A DNA stretch of 64,000 nt, from assembly GCA_973895155.1 (NCBI GenBank), contig OZ316894.1, positions 8,394,234-8,458,233 on the forward strand, read 5' to 3'. Source of the stretch: Marsupella aquatica. Its lineage: Eukaryota; Plantae; Marchantiophyta. The position numbers and the translations under genes are program-made. This document shows, in pieces, positions 23,401-35,804 of the stretch (positions within the stretch are counted from its first letter, which is position 1; each line of letters starts with the position of its first letter). Below the pieces are notes generated by a model. That model was not told the origin of the DNA, ran no database searches, and saw only the letters and a program-made list of their open reading frames with translations.

Positions 23401-25617
23401 GATCAAGGGATTCTGAAGGAAGAAGGGCACAGAAATTGGCCGATGAGAAAGCTGAGGCAGAGTCGAGGAAGAATGCTTATCAAAATGCGTTGAATAAGGC
23501 TGAAGATGCATCTATGATGCTTCGCAAAGAGAATACAGTTGAAGCAATGGAAGTAGATAAGGCAGACTCCCCAGTGTATGTGGGAGATGACGACGAGGAC
23601 TTCTACAAATCTTTAGACAAGGCTCGCCAAGCTGCTCTTAAGAATCAAAGGGATTCAGGAAACACTGGGGGTGGTGCTCAAACTGTTGTTGCTCGCTTAG
23701 CTGCCCTTCAACAGGAGGCTGTGTCATCCAGAAAACCGTCAGTTGGGGTTGAGGCCCAGGAAGGAGGTCTCGTCTTTACTGACACGGGGGAGTTTTGTCG
23801 AAGCTTACAGCTTGATGATGGTAACCTGCTCAGAATCTTTTGTGGCGCATGATGTGACTGCAGTCTACTAAGGGCTTTAATCTTTTTAATTTTCTTACAT
23901 TCCAAGTTTTTGCTCACACACTCGGTTCATTTGGTGCTGTCATTTGATGTGTGGCTGGTACATACCGTACCTATTGACTTTCTTTCTTCGTGGGCAATGC
24001 AGCCATCATCAGACGAGCTGGTCCTAAAGATGTCTTCGGAGAAGAGGAGGAGGAAGCACCTGTTGAAGAGACTGAGATAGACACTTCAAAAGTGGCAGGA
24101 GGGTGGACTGAGATTGTGGACGTAGACATGAAGAATCAAGTTGGTGAGGAGGAATCCGATGGGGGAGACCCGGTGGAAGAACCTGTAGCAGAGGTATCCG
24201 TAGGCAAAGGTTTAGCAGGGGCTTTGAGTCTACTCAAAGAGAGAGGCACACTCAAAGAAACTGTAGATTGGGGAGGTCGAAATATGGACAAGAAGCGAAG
24301 CAAGCTAGTAGGAATTGTCGATGAATCAAACAATCAGGTCGGCCAGAGGGACATTTTACTTGATCGAGTTGATGAGTTTGGCAGAACAGTAAGTACGGAA
24401 ACTTCCCACAGCTCTCTTATTCAGCCTTTCACCCAAATATGCTAGCATTGTCTTATTTTATCTGGATCTGATGGTCCGTTGTTCTGAACAGATGACGCCC
24501 AAGGAAGCTTTTCGCAAGCTTTCTCATAAATTTCACGGTAAAGGTCCAGGTAAAATGAAGCAGGAGAAGAAGATGAAGCAATACCAGGAGGAATTGAGAT
24601 TGAAACAGATGAACTCAGGTGATACCCCCCTGATGTCCATGGAGAAGATGCGTGAAGCACAAGCCAGGATGCACACTCCATACATAGTTATCAGTGGACA
24701 CATCAAACCTGGGTATGCTGACGATTTGTTTACTTCGTTTCAACGTAATGTGCTTTGTTACATTTCATCATGACTTCTGACATTACACACCTATTGAGGA
24801 TGTTTGATGCGTCTGCGTTTCAGAGGTAGTTTTCTTGAGGTGACCGGTGGATCTGATTGTATGCAGCCAAACGAGTGATCCAAGGAGTGGATTTGGTACA
24901 GTGGAGAAAGAACCAATTGGTAGTCTGACACCTATGCTGGGAGACAAGAGTGCAGGAAGCTTAACTCCTATGCTTGGTGACAAGAAGGTATGCTGATCAA
25001 ACTATAAAGCCTCAAGCTTGAAACATATCGTTTTCATTTCGAATAAAGAGTTTGCCTGATCTTTTTGTTCATGAGAAGTAGTTTCTGGAATCCAGCCAAA
25101 TCAGACATCTCTTACTGTTCTACCGAAGTGAGCTTACAGCTAAATCACAATCCGACCATCTTGAGGTCGTTCAGTGTGTAGTACTAGGTCATGCCTAACC
25201 CAAGGATACTGAAATATTTACAGAAAGCTGTAGGTGGATTTTAAATGGCTTGGGTGACCTTGGTGTTACTTGAAGTCGTCTAAGGATGGTTACTCTTTCA
25301 GACAACTTGCCAGAAGAATATTGGGTCTAGTTTGTCAAGGTACTAGAGATGCAGTTCTTTCTTTTAGACACCTTCACTGTGCTCTAATTTGTGTAGGTTC
25401 TACGGATCGTGGTTTGGCAAGTAATATTTGTCTCGCCTGAACCCGTCTTGATGCCCGTATCCAACAGTGAGTATGCCAGTTTTAGAATATCCACGGAGAG
25501 GACTGTTTACAAAGTCAGTTTGCTGATCTGCAGGTGGAGCACTTTCTTGGGATTAAGCGTAAACCAGAATCAGGGTTTAAGGAGCCACCTGCCAAGCAAC
25601 CCAAGTATGAGCACTAA
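20471..25617 (+). CDS. SART1: SART-1 / SNU66-like U4/U6.U5 tri-snRNP-associated protein (DOT2-like), 12 exons
   Basis: Exons 20471-20880, 21410-21581, 21736-21796, 21960-22073, 22244-22340, 22738-22810, 23012-23071, 23196-23820, 24003-24388, 24492-24712, 24867-24987, 25534-25617. Motifs [75 protein letters not shown]. Confidence 0.93.
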
Positions 25618-27219
25618 AGGTTGAAGTTGGTTGTACTATTGTTTTGGAGTGAACTTCTGTTGCGACTTCCTGACACGCAAGGTATACGTGGACGCAAAAT
25701 ATCATGACGACCTTTTGCAAAGAAAATGTGAGGGGGGATGACTTACCATGCTTTCACAGTGGATCAGGACTATCATGGTCTACACCAAACCGTTGCCGTG
25801 CCAGGGATGTACCAAATGAACAGCAGACTGCAGGAAATGGCACTTCTTGACAGAAAGACCTGTTCAGAAGCACGCACTTTTGGACAGAAATGCTTTACTT
25901 GTGAGAAGTGCTGTGATTCGTGGGGACTTACGCAGGATCTCTTTTTCCCGCTGTAGTCATTAACAAATTTCTTGATGTAAGATCCAGAGCAGAGCATGCT
26001 TTGTCATGACTCTGCCAGGGACAGCAAGATTGTTACATAGGTCACTTGCCTGTCACTTGAGAATGTCGATGAAAGAAGGTATAAGGAATTCTCGTTTACT
26101 TCAGTTATTGTAGCTTTGGAAGGTACTTTATCATAAATGCAATGCAATATCACAAGGGTTGCCAAGGTTTTGAAGCCGTGTACACTCTATTTAGGAAGTT
26201 TTCGTTGTTACACAAGATCGATGATAGTTTGAACTCTGCATAGACCTTTTTTTTAGGCCTGCACGGACCAGATAGTTTTCTTTACCATTGCTTTGATTAA
26301 ACCAGTGGTGTAGTAGGAAAATTGAGATAGTAGAAGATAGCGAAACTTAATAGCAGCGTTGTCTGAGTGAATCCCGTGCCATTTTCGGAAAGGTGGTGTA
26401 AAGCTTAGTATGATCGCATGTGCATAAAAACTCGCTTTAGCGGAGGAATGAGGTTGTGAACGGCTGCATGGACCACACTCTCAAAATCCCGAAGTCGTTT
26501 CCAAACAAAATGAAATGAAAGGATCGACTCTGACCCTTTTATGTGCCAAAGTGGTTTTCCATCAAGATTAAATGAAAGGAGTGACTCTGAATCGAAATCA
26601 ACAAGCTTGACTTTGCTTTGTCGAAATCCGATTGTAAACCAACTTTCAAATTGTGTCATGAGCTTGGTGGTAGGTTGCTTCATTGTTCACTGTAACATAC
26701 TCCGCAGAGTACCTTGGAACTGTGCTGTTCTCTCGCATAGCATATTGCCAATATAGGGTGCTCAGGTTTTCAGTATTACATCAAATCAGCTTTTACAACG
26801 TCTAACCAACCTTATTTTTGTGTCCTAGATTTACTAAATCCACGTGTTGCCAGAAAGTGAGTTCAGCATTAGAAGCACTCTCTTGATATAAGGGTGATTA
26901 AAAACTCTGGCAAGATCTTATGATTCACAATGTTTCACTAGAGAGAGTGTGAGGTGAATATACTCAATACTGCTCCACGAGTTGGGGGATTAACTGCCAC
27001 CTTTGGTAACAGAACTTGTGATGTTAGATTGAGCAGTGATGGGCATGGAGAGTCTGGGTACAAAGAGATCTTCCTGTGCAAAGAGACCAGTAAAAGGTAA
27101 ACTTTGTAAAAACCTATTTGCATCATTTGCAAGCCCCTTAAGTTGGTAGCGGATGTGCCAAAATTTCAGAAAGGAAACATAGTCTCCCATCCTTGTTGAT
27201 TCCAGAGCAAAACAGTGGG

Positions 27220-27790
27220 GCGAGAGGAGCGTACCCCCCCCTCCCTTTCTCATGATCTTTGGACCCTGGGTCCAATTTGATGGGGCCCTCAGCCACCTCA
27301 CCTCCCTCACACCCTGCTTGCCCTACTAGGACTCCTCCCTTTTGTACTTGACTTGTATGACCACATTACGACACATCTCTGTAAGGTCAGATCTGTGACT
27401 GTCCATTTTGGCAAATAAGTCACTCAAACTTTCTAAAACCTCTATGTATCATTCCCAGGCCCCTTCACCTGCTACCAGATGTGCAAATCTTCCCACCTCT
27501 CTCACACCGTGCTTGCCTACTGCAACTCCTCCCTTGTGTACTTGACTCTACGGCCTTATACAGACCGCTAGATCCGTGTATGGTCACATGTAGACCGTTG
27601 AGTTTGGCACCCAACTTTTTAAAAAATTGTGTCATTCCCAGGCCCCTTCACCCGCTAGCAAATGTGCAAAACTTGGCACACACAGGAAACAACTAGGGTA
27701 GGGAGCAGAGCACCCCCACAAGCCTTCTCATGAAACGTGGGCCCCCAGTTCAATTTGATGGGGCCCCCAGCCACCTCGCCTCCTCCACGA
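27220..27790. repeat. Degenerate local direct repeats
   Basis: CAATTTGATGGGGCCC.CAGCCACCTC at ~27272 and ~27751; TCATTCCCAGGCCCCTTCACC at ~27449 and ~27632. Confidence 0.6.
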
Positions 27791-29083
27791 ACAAGAGGGG
27801 CACGAAATCCACAGCACGGTCCCACAATGGCGGACTCTTCCACTCAGCGAGTGACAGATCAAATTGGCGATGCCCAATCGACGATTCGACGCACTCACAG
27901 TGCCTCCCACCTCACACTCATGACGCCGCGCAACCAGTTGAATTGCCCTTCTCTTTTCCGTAGCTTCCAAGTCAGCGTCCGACCTCCTTGTCAAGTTGTC
28001 AAGCCGTGAAGGCGACTCGTTTTTCGGCCGTCAATCATTTAATCCTGTTCATGAAATTCATGGCAGGAGAACGAAAAAGTACCGTGAACGCGTGCCTCTT
28101 TGTGAATCGAGACTCTGAGCTTTCGGTAATTTCGTGGCTCTATTCTGTGTCGCCTGTTACTGGACCGCCTCCTCACACGACGAGAAGAAGAAGAGCAACA
28201 AGAGTTAAATAATATTCTATGACGACATCATCACGCAATCCCAATGCCTGTCCCGCCATGGAAGTGCCTCTTCTTACGGTGTGTTACTGCTTCTCTCTTA
28301 TGAAGACATGAACCTCTCTCTCTGTCCTCTGTAACCACGTTTTGAACTTTGAACACGTAAGTGTGAAACTTAAACCCTCACAATTTGGTGGACAAATTTT
28401 GGAATTGTTTTAGGGGAAGTCACAGCGCAGTAGCGACCGGATTGTATTTGTACAGGACTAGTGCAATAGGCTGAGACATTACTGAGTGATAGCTTTGAGA
28501 GGAACACTCTAGCTATTTTTTGTCGTGGGCGCGGCCTGTACACGTTTAATTCGGGCTGCCGCTGTGATTATTGCAAATTTCGAATTTTGTTCCTCCTCTT
28601 CGCCAGGGCAATTCACGTTGGAAAGCCCTTTTTTATACCAGAAGTTAGGTTTCGGACTTAATTGCTATCAAGGAGAGTTTGAATGCAGCACCACTGTGTT
28701 GTTATTTTGAAACTTAATACTCAGGAGCGGAGCATGGAATTCTTCAACTGAGACGAGACGAGACGAGACTAGACGAGACAGACGAGACAACGTTTCTTCC
28801 TTACTTGATCGCCGTGGGGTTTATCCGGGTCGGCACTGATAGATAGATCGTCGTGGTTTTCTTGGTTCTTGCACCTCATCCGTCCGTCGCTTCTCTGATT
28901 GTAACGATTTTTACACATCTACTGGACACATGGAGTTCTCCTCTTGACCTTGGGGGCACATAATTGCAACATCAGCACCAGCACTAGCATCTTTTCCTGC
29001 GGACAATAGTGGATTTCTGATCTCTGCCGGGGTGGTTAGATCGTTCGTGGATTGAGTGACTGATTTGTTACGGTCCTGAAGAT

Positions 29084-32000
29084 ATGACAAGACATGGCGG
29101 GGGTAGCTTTGGAGGAGGAGGCGATGCTTATGGCGACCATGGTAGATCTGGGGGTGGCAGCTTCGGGCCTCCATCCCATCATCATCCCCCGCCTCCTCCT
29201 CCATCCTTTCTCCCTCCACCCCACCACCATCGCCGCCCACTCCCACCAATGTTCCCAGTCTCTTACTATGGGCCTCCTTCCGCCTTTTACTCATCAGTTC
29301 CTCGTGTTGGGGGGGCTGCCTATCAGATGCCCCCACCTGAGGTAATTGTTCGAGTAGACAGGAGGACTCAGCTGCTGAATCGAAGCAAAGCATGGTTCAC
29401 CTTCATCTTGGCCGCACTGCTCATAGGTATGTACATTCCTGGCTGGCCCAACCGACGCTTTCTTGATCCCGATGGGCGTGTGTAGTGTTTTTCCACGACC
29501 TGGTTATTTGGTTGCGATCGTTTGTTTTGCTGTTGGATCGTTTGTTTCGTTGTCGGTCTTATTCTTGGGGTCCAGTTCGTGTCTTTGTTCCAATGTATCT
29601 CAAAATTTCGTGTCATAGTCTCGACTTCTTTGAACCTGCATGATAGAGTTTAATCTTCTCCTTTCACTTTGCCATAATCAACTAGACTCAGGTAGTTGGA
29701 TTCTTCCACGACTTGTAGAAAAGGAATGGAGTGAAGGAAAACGATTCAAGCGGAAACACATGCAATTAGACTTACTATGCTTCTCAAAGTCATACCATGT
29801 TGCCTAGCAGGGAAACGACTACTTTGGCTCAGCAGCTAACGGAATAGACGATGCTGCTTGGAGCTATTTACTGTAGAAGCTTTATCAATTGTCTTGAGGC
29901 TAAGAACGAGAAGTGAGCGTAGACTTGAAAATCATTATTTTTGCACTAGTTTACATGTTTATGAACCTGGTTCAGCCGAAGGGATATGTGAATACCATAT
30001 TACTGAGTAGTTGTTAGTGCTTCGTCTCTATATTCAACTGTACACCCACGGAGTGAGCAAACGATGCTCTAGAGAGTTCTTGTCAATATTTTCATGCTCG
30101 AAACTCTTTCAGTAAAACTCGCAGTCACGTAATGCTAATCTCTCCCGAGTGTTTTTATTTAACTATGTGCGTTCTTTGCCGCTGAAATTTAGGAACCGTT
30201 TTCCTCTACTTCGGTCCATATGGTTCAACTGTGATCGAACTCGGAGTGCATGATTCTCGACTTGTAACGGCAAAACCTTTCTTTATTGAGAGCATTAAGG
30301 TATTCCATTAATTCAAACATAGCATGTTAAGAACAATGATGTAATATAAGGAATATTACATTCATTTAAGCGTAGCACGTTATAAACCGTTTTGTTTTGA
30401 AGGATTTCTGAGGATCCTGAGGACAAGTTTTATGGTTGAGGACTTATCTATGCCACGTTCTAATGCAGTTCAAAAATCGGTATGCGACGGATGGCCCTAA
30501 TATTTATGTCTTTGATCATAAACCACCTTTAAACCAAGAGTCAAGCTGGCTGGATGCGCAAAACAGCACTTTCAATTTTGGGCACAGGGTTGGTGCTCCT
30601 ACAACCATCTCTTACAATCTATAAGTATCACTTTTAAATTTGTGTTCAGAAAGCTTCCAGTTGTAAGACAGGTCAGGTTTCACCAGTTACCTGGTGCTCT
30701 GCCACCCTTGGATGTCGTAATAATGACGCTTTATAACTGATGATATCTGAGAGTTGAAACGCTTTGCCTGTACTACCAATACATTTGTGTTGCACTGTAA
30801 GTTTGTTCTGCTTATTTTGAGTGTCTTCCATGCAATACAGGAATTTAACTACTGGATGAACAAAGGCTCAACTGTGACAGTTAATTACATTTTGGAAGTG
30901 CACAGGAAGCTCGAGTCCGTTTACCTCGCTATGATTCCAAGTGCTTGACAGTACCTTCTTAAAACTACTCATTACGTTTTCGATTTAAGTGATGTCTTTT
31001 AATTTTATGATGTATTTATCTCGGATGTATCTTCATTTTATAATTTTCTTAGTTTGGGCTGATCCCAGGGGCACTAGAGGTTTTTGGGGAGACACAAAAA
31101 GGGAGGCGGGGGTAGTGAAATTCTGAACAATGGGATGATTGTGTGGTGAAAAACTTTCTACTACAAGATCCTAGTGACGTTCTTGATACTTTTCTTCGAA
31201 GCTAGTCCCACCAAGGTCGGTCCAGCTCATTCATGATCCGTCTGATATGCAGATAACCTAGACGACTTGAAGGCATACTACGACAAGCCTAGTGCAGTAG
31301 CTAAACCGTTGCGTGGTATGTTTACTGATGATTTGTTTTGGTCTGAAATAAATAGAAACATTGGTATGCTTGGTGAGCTTATGCAGATTGAACTCTAATT
31401 TTTTCAGGTCTTAAAATGCGTCAGTTGGCGTTGATTGCTTTGAAAGGAATTGTTAAATGTATTTGAATACGTGGAACTGACAGTCTTCTTTCTAAATCAC
31501 TGCAGGGCACGATGTCTTAAAATATGAGGTCAGCGCTGATGCTGACTACGCTTTTTCTCTGGTCACTTACAATCCAGAGAACGTAACGGTGAGTATCCTT
31601 ATAGCAACAACTGAAGTTTTTCATAGCAGACTCCCACTTTCGATATACCTTCACAAGTAGAAATAATGCTTTCCAATAGACCAATGCGATGGCTTGGTCT
31701 TTCGAAACCTTGGTTTTTACGGGTCTGTTATTCCACAGTTGTCTTGTAACCGGGCAACCGAGGCAGACGTCCTCTCTTTTGGTCAGTTTATATGAAAGTC
31801 CTGAATGGTCATTACAGAAAACATTCATTCTTGCTTATACTCAAAGAGGTCTCAAGGTAGAGTATGCTTGATTAACTATTTGCTTTGTTGCTTAGGTATC
31901 GTCTGTCACTAGGGAAGCAAGTCAACCTTTCTTCGGCATGAGTGTAGTTTGTATAGGTTTCCAGCTCTGACTGGCTTGCTATCCGATAATATCAAGTGAA

Positions 32001-33983
32001 ATGTCATAGTTCACATGCCCTGCTCACAATGTGGGACAGAAACTAAAGAGTGGCTTTAAGTCGAAAGAGGTAGATTTCAAGAGGAAAAAAATCAATTTAT
32101 GGATGGCATCTCGGATGGAATGAATTATTAGTCAGATTATCGCAAACTCAGCGAGCATCAAAGTGCACTGAATAATAGCTGTCGGACACTAATGCAAGAC
32201 AGGGACACTATCAGGATTGTAGGTGATGGATTGTATCTAGCTGGCTGCGATTAAACTCTACAGTGATGTCCAGAAGTGTGACATTTTAACCTATTGGTTA
32301 CAATCTCTTCATCTTGAAAATTGGTTTTTTGAAGTTTCCTATCTCAAATCAGTCTTGAGTTCGAAAATATATGCTACCATTATGATTGTTGGGAATTGAC
32401 GAAGGACTGGTGGCTTTGTGCAGGTATATTTGGATTTTCATTTCCACACCCGAGAGTATAGCACAGCAGGTTCCATCAAGCACGGTTCTTTGACGACTGA
32501 TTCCAAGATCGATCTGTCATTTTTTCGCTCAAGATATGCGTTGTTGGAAGGGCCAGGTTTGGATAAGGTAGCTGATGTTGGCCATCAATGTGAATATGAA
32601 ATTACTTGGCTTCCCTCCTTATTCCACAAGGTGTCCACAGGGTGTAATGCATTGGTGAGCGAGAGTTGTAAGAGAAGAAAGAATTATTATCAGTGAACAC
32701 ATATTGCTGACACTTGGTGATAATGCTGGATTTATACAGTTTAGTAGAGAAAACTATACTTATTCATGCATGTACAGACTGGGCCGTTGGTCCTACTTCG
32801 ATACTTTTTGCAGTTTATCTCCAAAAGCTCTCAGCTGATTTTTTTTCGTTCGTAGCGCGTATGTCTCTGAAAGGATATTCGGTTTGTTTTTAATCCTGGT
32901 TTGGCAATCTTTAATTGTAAATGAAGGAGGATAACGTGGACATATGGGAGATAGAGCTATCATATGGGATTCGGTGGACAGCTATAATTCTTATCTACGG
33001 TATGTGGTTACCTTCGCAAAGTTACGATGTGGATTTTTCTGTGAGGTGACTGACTGACCTCATGTCCTATGAAAGCTGGTCTCTGGCTCAGCAATTTTGC
33101 GTTTCTGTTGCAGGTTTAGTGACCTTAGTCTACTTGGTAACAAAATCAATGATAATGGCCTCAATCCATGAGATGGACCCAACGCTTCCAGAATATGCCC
33201 CTCTTGTGCCGCCACAAGGGACCCAAGCGACACCTTCAGCTCCATCGGCTCCTCTTTTCCCAGACTCCGTCCCTGTAGAGGGCCAAACAGATCTGAAGGA
33301 TAAGGATAAGGATAAGGATAAGGATAAAGATACCGAGAATGACATTTCGGAAGACAAACTTTGTTCGGTTTGTTTAGATGCCCCAAAGGACAGTTTTTTC
33401 GTCCCATGCGGGCACCGTGCGACATGTTATGTCTGTGCGCTCAGGTACTCAGTTCTTCCTTTCTTCTCATGCCTTTCGACTTCTGGTGGCTATCCCCAGT
33501 TCTCTTTCCCTCATGCATTTGTATTTCTAGCTGTGAACCTGAGTCACAGTTCAGTTTGGAAACTATGAATGTGCTGATGGATATGTAGGGCAATCTAGGC
33601 CACTCAAGCATCATTTGTCAACTTTTGAAAGGCTTCTCATCTGACTAGGTTAAAATGATATTGGACCTTTCCTAGCCTTATTTCTTTCCCTTAATTCCAC
33701 TTCACAACTTTTAATGCCGTATTTTCCAAAACAAATTCCCTTACTGTGATTATAAAACGTTGCTCTCTGGAATTTCAGTACCTCATTAAGAAGGTGCCTA
33801 TCCACTCAAGGATTATGTATGACGTTCCCTCTTATCGCTATCTTGTCCACCAGAGAAACCCCTTTACATTGTTTCAACTAAACACTGACTGTCATTATCT
33901 GCAGGATATCAATGTCGACTCCTGCAAACTGTCCAATCTGCAGGCAACCAATTGGTGAAGTCAAACGAATTTATGATGCTTGA
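29084..33983 (+). CDS. APD1-4-like transmembrane RING (C3HC4) E3 ubiquitin ligase, 10 exons
   Basis: Exons 29084-29426, 30193-30299, 30469-30588, 30841-30940, 31253-31315, 31506-31588, 32424-32567, 32927-32999, 33114-33444, 33905-33983. Layout: TM, GPYGS..LG..DSRL, FNYWMNKGS, LSYGIRW + TM, then RING LCSVCLDAPKDSFFVPCGHRATCYVCALRI..CPICRQPI. Confidence 0.88.
33296..33332 (+). repeat. (AAGGAT)n coding microsatellite giving a KD repeat before the RING
   Basis: Hexamer run translating to KDKDKDKDKDKD. Confidence 0.85.
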
Positions 33984-35804
33984 GGGCAATTCATCCAATT
34001 AGGGCATTTCTGCGAAGTTCTCATTTCCTTGTACATTCAACCCTGACTGCAATGGACTCATGTTGGCCAACGCTGGGATTAGCTATGGGTACTGTAAAGC
34101 AGTAGTGTTTTTTTAACGATGCCGCAAACTCAGGAAGGAGGCTTAAATTAGGAGGACATACTACCTGGAAACAAGGGTTGAATGACAGGAGGTAAAATTC
34201 AGGTAATCGTCGAATGTTTAAGAGAAGCATTGACAGTTTTCCGGAGGTATAGGATTAAACATTTAAGAGTTGCATGACTGTAGTTGTTGTATACTGAAGG
34301 GTGTTTGGGTAACTTGTGGTGGCAATTTTCAAATGAAGTTGCTGTACAGTAGATGCGCAGGAAAATTAGAGCTTGTCTTACGATCTTTGGCTTTCTCATA
34401 TGCACGATGGAAGATCGTCTGAAAAGCACCGAGTATGTAGTAGTGCCAATGTGTACTACGCCTGTGGTTTTCCTCACTTGGACAAGGCACTAGAAATGCG
34501 TTCAATCAAATGTCCCGACATCTTGGTTTGGCACAAGTTTCACTGCTTGTGGATGCTCTACAAACAAAGATTTCCTTCAATTCTGATGCAAGCCGTGACA
34601 TTTTTCGGACTCTTTCTGAAGCTTCTTCTGGGGCAGAGACAGTTCTAGAATGGCCTAAAAGGTTGCCCGAGCTGCTATCCTGTAGATGGCTCTTCTAACT
34701 TCAGATCCTTCGTAGATCGTCTTCAGACAGGTTTGCAGTCTCGTTAAGTGTATAAGACAACGTCGTGTCTGGCAGGTGGGTAGAAGAGTGACAATTTAAT
34801 GAAACCCAGCGTAGGTTTAGATCTGAATGTCAAGTTTGAGATCGTTTCTGGCCGTTTAAGTAGTGGGATGTTCAACCTGTGTACTGCAGTTAGACTTGTA
34901 TTAGTATTGTGAGGAGTAAATGTCCAAGTGCTGTTTTTGAGGCTTCTTTATCATTAGTTCTAAAGTTTCAGACGGATTCTTCATGGATTGCGGACACAGA
35001 CAATGAACGTACGAGTGACAGTAAAGATTTGAGATGCTAATGTGCGTGCAGTGCTCGGTATCAAGGCTACTGATCTATTGTGTGGCGAACAAGACTACCT
35101 AATTCGCAGAGTAAAAATTTGTCTTCTGACGCTACGTATTTGCTCGTTCAACAACTAAACGCAGCTTAAGTAATTGACTACCACCTGCCATGTCTCCACC
35201 AGAATTATCTCTAGGCATGCCGCTTAGATATATGAAGTAGGATACACGTGGGAGTCCAGGAATTTTTGTAAAACATCGATTGATTGCGGTCACAGTTGGG
35301 ACTCCGGCTGACATCGTATTCACGGAGATTCTTATCGTCATGTAGCACGTGACGGTATACTGTCACCTCTTTCACTGCGCCTTCACGTCGGTCTTTGTTT
35401 TCTGTCGTTTCGTTATCCTGTATACGTTTGGCCCGTTCTTCCCGGCTTTTCCCGGGCTGGGCCCATTCTGTGCAATTATTAATCTCTCGGGCTCCTACAA
35501 AGAACAAACCAGGAGATTGTTAGATAACTTGCAATGCTTATCATGGTCGTATGGAACATCAAGTCTCATCCGACCTCCGGCTGCTTACAGTATCGCCTTG
35601 AGATTCTCTGTAGATTTAGTTGTTGCATGCGCTATAGATCTTTGGGTTGGGCCTGCTAAAGTCTCCTCGAAGGACGTTGCCACTAGCTGAATTGATGAAT
35701 ACACAGCTATTGGCCGATGTTGATAGCTGGCCCTGAGCACCGTGCAGCCACTTCATCATGGACAGAAACCATACCTTATACTCGTACCTTCGGACTCGTT
35801 ACAG

